Position numbers and translations under genes: made by a program. Below, piece after piece: positions 57,909-59,310 of a stretch of 59,310 nt of DNA. Each line of letters opens with the position of its first letter. Position 1 is the stretch's first letter. The notes beneath the pieces were generated by a model. That model worked only from the letters and a program-made list of their open reading frames with translations. It was not told the DNA's origin and did no database searches. Location: positions 1 through 59,310 of the IMG/VR virus record IMGVR_UViG_3300012928_000006; one strand, given 5' to 3'. The stretch comes from a virus (Duplodnaviria; Caudoviricetes).

Positions 57909-58535
57909 ATGGCAATCTCAACACTCACAAATATTACAGTGCCTTTGGCAAATGATACAAGCGCAACCAATCAAGGTTTGCTTATGCCAAAGCTACAATA
58001 TCGTTTTAGAATTACACTAGAAAATTTTGGTGTGTCAAACGAAACACAAGAACTAACAAAACAAGTTATTGATGCAAGTCGTCCAACTATTAGTTTCGAA
58101 AATCAAGAACTACACGTTTACAACAGTAAAGTAAATATTGCTGGTAAGCATAGTTGGAATGAAGTTACAGTTAACTTACGTGACGATGTAAATGGTAATG
58201 TTTCTAAACTAGTTGGTGAACAACTACAGAAGCAATTCGATTTCTTCGAACAAGCAAGTGCTGCATCAGGTATTGATTACAAATTTACACAGCGTTTAGA
58301 AATACTAGATGGTGGTAACGGTGTAAATGCTCCAAACGTATTAGAAACTTGGGAAATTTATGGCGCATATCTAACATCAGTAGATTATGGTTCAGTTGCT
58401 TACGCAAGCAGCGATCCAGTAACTGTTGCACTTACAATTATGTACGACAACGCAATCCAAACACCAGTTGGAACAGGCGTTGGATCAACAGTAGCAAGAA
58501 ATGTCAGCAGCCTTTCAACAGGTGGCGGCAGCTAA
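57909..58535 (+). CDS. gp19: Tail tube protein
   Basis: PKLQYRFR, AGKHSWNEVTVNLRDD, ETWEIYGAY...YDNA; follows the sheath gene. Confidence 0.85.
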   Translation: MAISTLTNITVPLANDTSATNQGLLMPKLQYRFRITLENFGVSNETQELTKQVIDASRPTISFENQELHVYNSKVNIAGKHSWNEVTVNLRDDVNGNVSKLVGEQLQKQFDFFEQASAASGIDYKFTQRLEILDGGNGVNAPNVLETWEIYGAYLTSVDYGSVAYASSDPVTVALTIMYDNAIQTPVGTGVGSTVARNVSSLSTGGGS

Positions 58536-58557
58536 TAATTAAAAAAGAGATTGCACG

Positions 58558-58585
58558 AAAAGGAGTCTTTATGGCTCCTTTTTTT
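58558..58585 (+). terminator. Rho-independent terminator after the tube gene
   Basis: AAAAGGAGTC-TTTAT-GGCTCC followed by T7. Confidence 0.8.
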
Positions 58586-58621
58586 ATTATATACGTGTAT
58601 TAATAAAGTGATAAATACGTT

Positions 58622-59310
58622 ATGAGTAAGTTTAACGGATTCTTTGATAATTTTACAAGTGCCTTAGGAAACCCTAAAGGTAATATGGGCGATTATGCAC
58701 ACGCCAGTGCATTGTATGTACGCAATAATTTACGTTTAGCACCAAACTTTAAATTCCTCTACCACGTTGTATTTGATATTAATCAAACTGCATTAGCAAG
58801 TTTAGGAAATGCAGCAGGACAATTGTTAAACAAAAAAGAATTTAATCTACTTGTGCAAACAACAGATTTACCTAGTTATACTTTAAATACAGATACAAAA
58901 AATCAGTACAATAGGAAAAAAGTTATACAAACAGGATTGAGATACGATCCTATTACTATGATATTCCACGATGACAACGCAGGCTTAACAACATTGTTAT
59001 GGGAATGTTACTTCAGATATTACTATCAAGATCCAAACTATGCAAGAAAAAATGCAATAGGACAGCCTGATACTACTGTGCCTTTGCAATACATTAATAA
59101 TCCTGATAATATATACGGCAGCGATATAAGAAATAATTATAGATACGGCTTAGATAAAACAAGACCGACTGCTCCTTTTTTCAATAGTATTACAATTAAT
59201 CAATTACACGGTAATAGTGGCGAAAGCACGTTTACTAGTTACACAATAATTAATCCATTGATAACAAGTTTAAGACACGATACACTTGAACAAAATTCTT
59301 CTAACTTTAC
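58622..59310 (+). CDS. Tail-tube-like/baseplate tube initiator (gp54-like), partial, runs off the window
   Basis: MSKFNGFF..RLAPNFKFLYHVVFDIN..DLPSYTLNTDTKNQYNRKKVIQTGLRYDPITMIFHDD; TAAATA at 58612-58617, 4 nt before the ATG. Confidence 0.65.
   Translation, partial: MSKFNGFFDNFTSALGNPKGNMGDYAHASALYVRNNLRLAPNFKFLYHVVFDINQTALASLGNAAGQLLNKKEFNLLVQTTDLPSYTLNTDTKNQYNRKKVIQTGLRYDPITMIFHDDNAGLTTLLWECYFRYYYQDPNYARKNAIGQPDTTVPLQYINNPDNIYGSDIRNNYRYGLDKTRPTAPFFNSITINQLHGNSGESTFTSYTIINPLITSLRHDTLEQNSSNF

Noticed and set aside
1-59310. Stop-codon recoding, tRNA genes, inteins
   Set aside because: Long conserved genes are intact under the standard code, I noticed no cloverleaf or T-loop signatures in intergenic gaps, and core proteins show no intein-like insertions.

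Overview
This 59-kb AT-rich window is the virion-morphogenesis region of a large T4-like contractile-tailed phage, most likely an uncultured aquatic one. The host cannot be determined from the sequence. It carries baseplate genes (gp5/VgrG-like, hub, gp53-like, tube-initiator-like), the late sigma factor gp55, gp47/gp46, a GIY-YIG endonuclease, gp26/gp51-like chaperones, tape measure, portal gp20, the head genes (core, gp21, gp22, gp23), two giant paralogous fibre proteins (3141 and 3811 aa), a glycosyltransferase cassette, a Nudix hydrolase, neck genes gp13/14/15, sheath gp18 and tube gp19. Main observations: (1) The two giant fibres carry 13 roughly 140-165-aa repeats, 11 with a Cys in a C-x-R/N-D motif, that align in register with the bilin-attachment helix of phycobiliproteins, suggesting a possible chromophore-binding virion appendage. 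(2) A roughly 470-nt highly structured non-coding element lies directly behind the GIY-YIG gene. (3) A manA-like structured RNA with its own promoter and terminator sits next to a cold-shock-domain gene. (4) A lambda G/GT-style -1 frameshift is predicted to fuse gp26 to a start-less gp51-like frame. (5) The fibre shows nested domain insertions. (6) Several late genes appear leaderless and several promoters overlap divergently. (7) CATG appears strongly avoided. All family assignments come from motif recognition by eye, not database searches.
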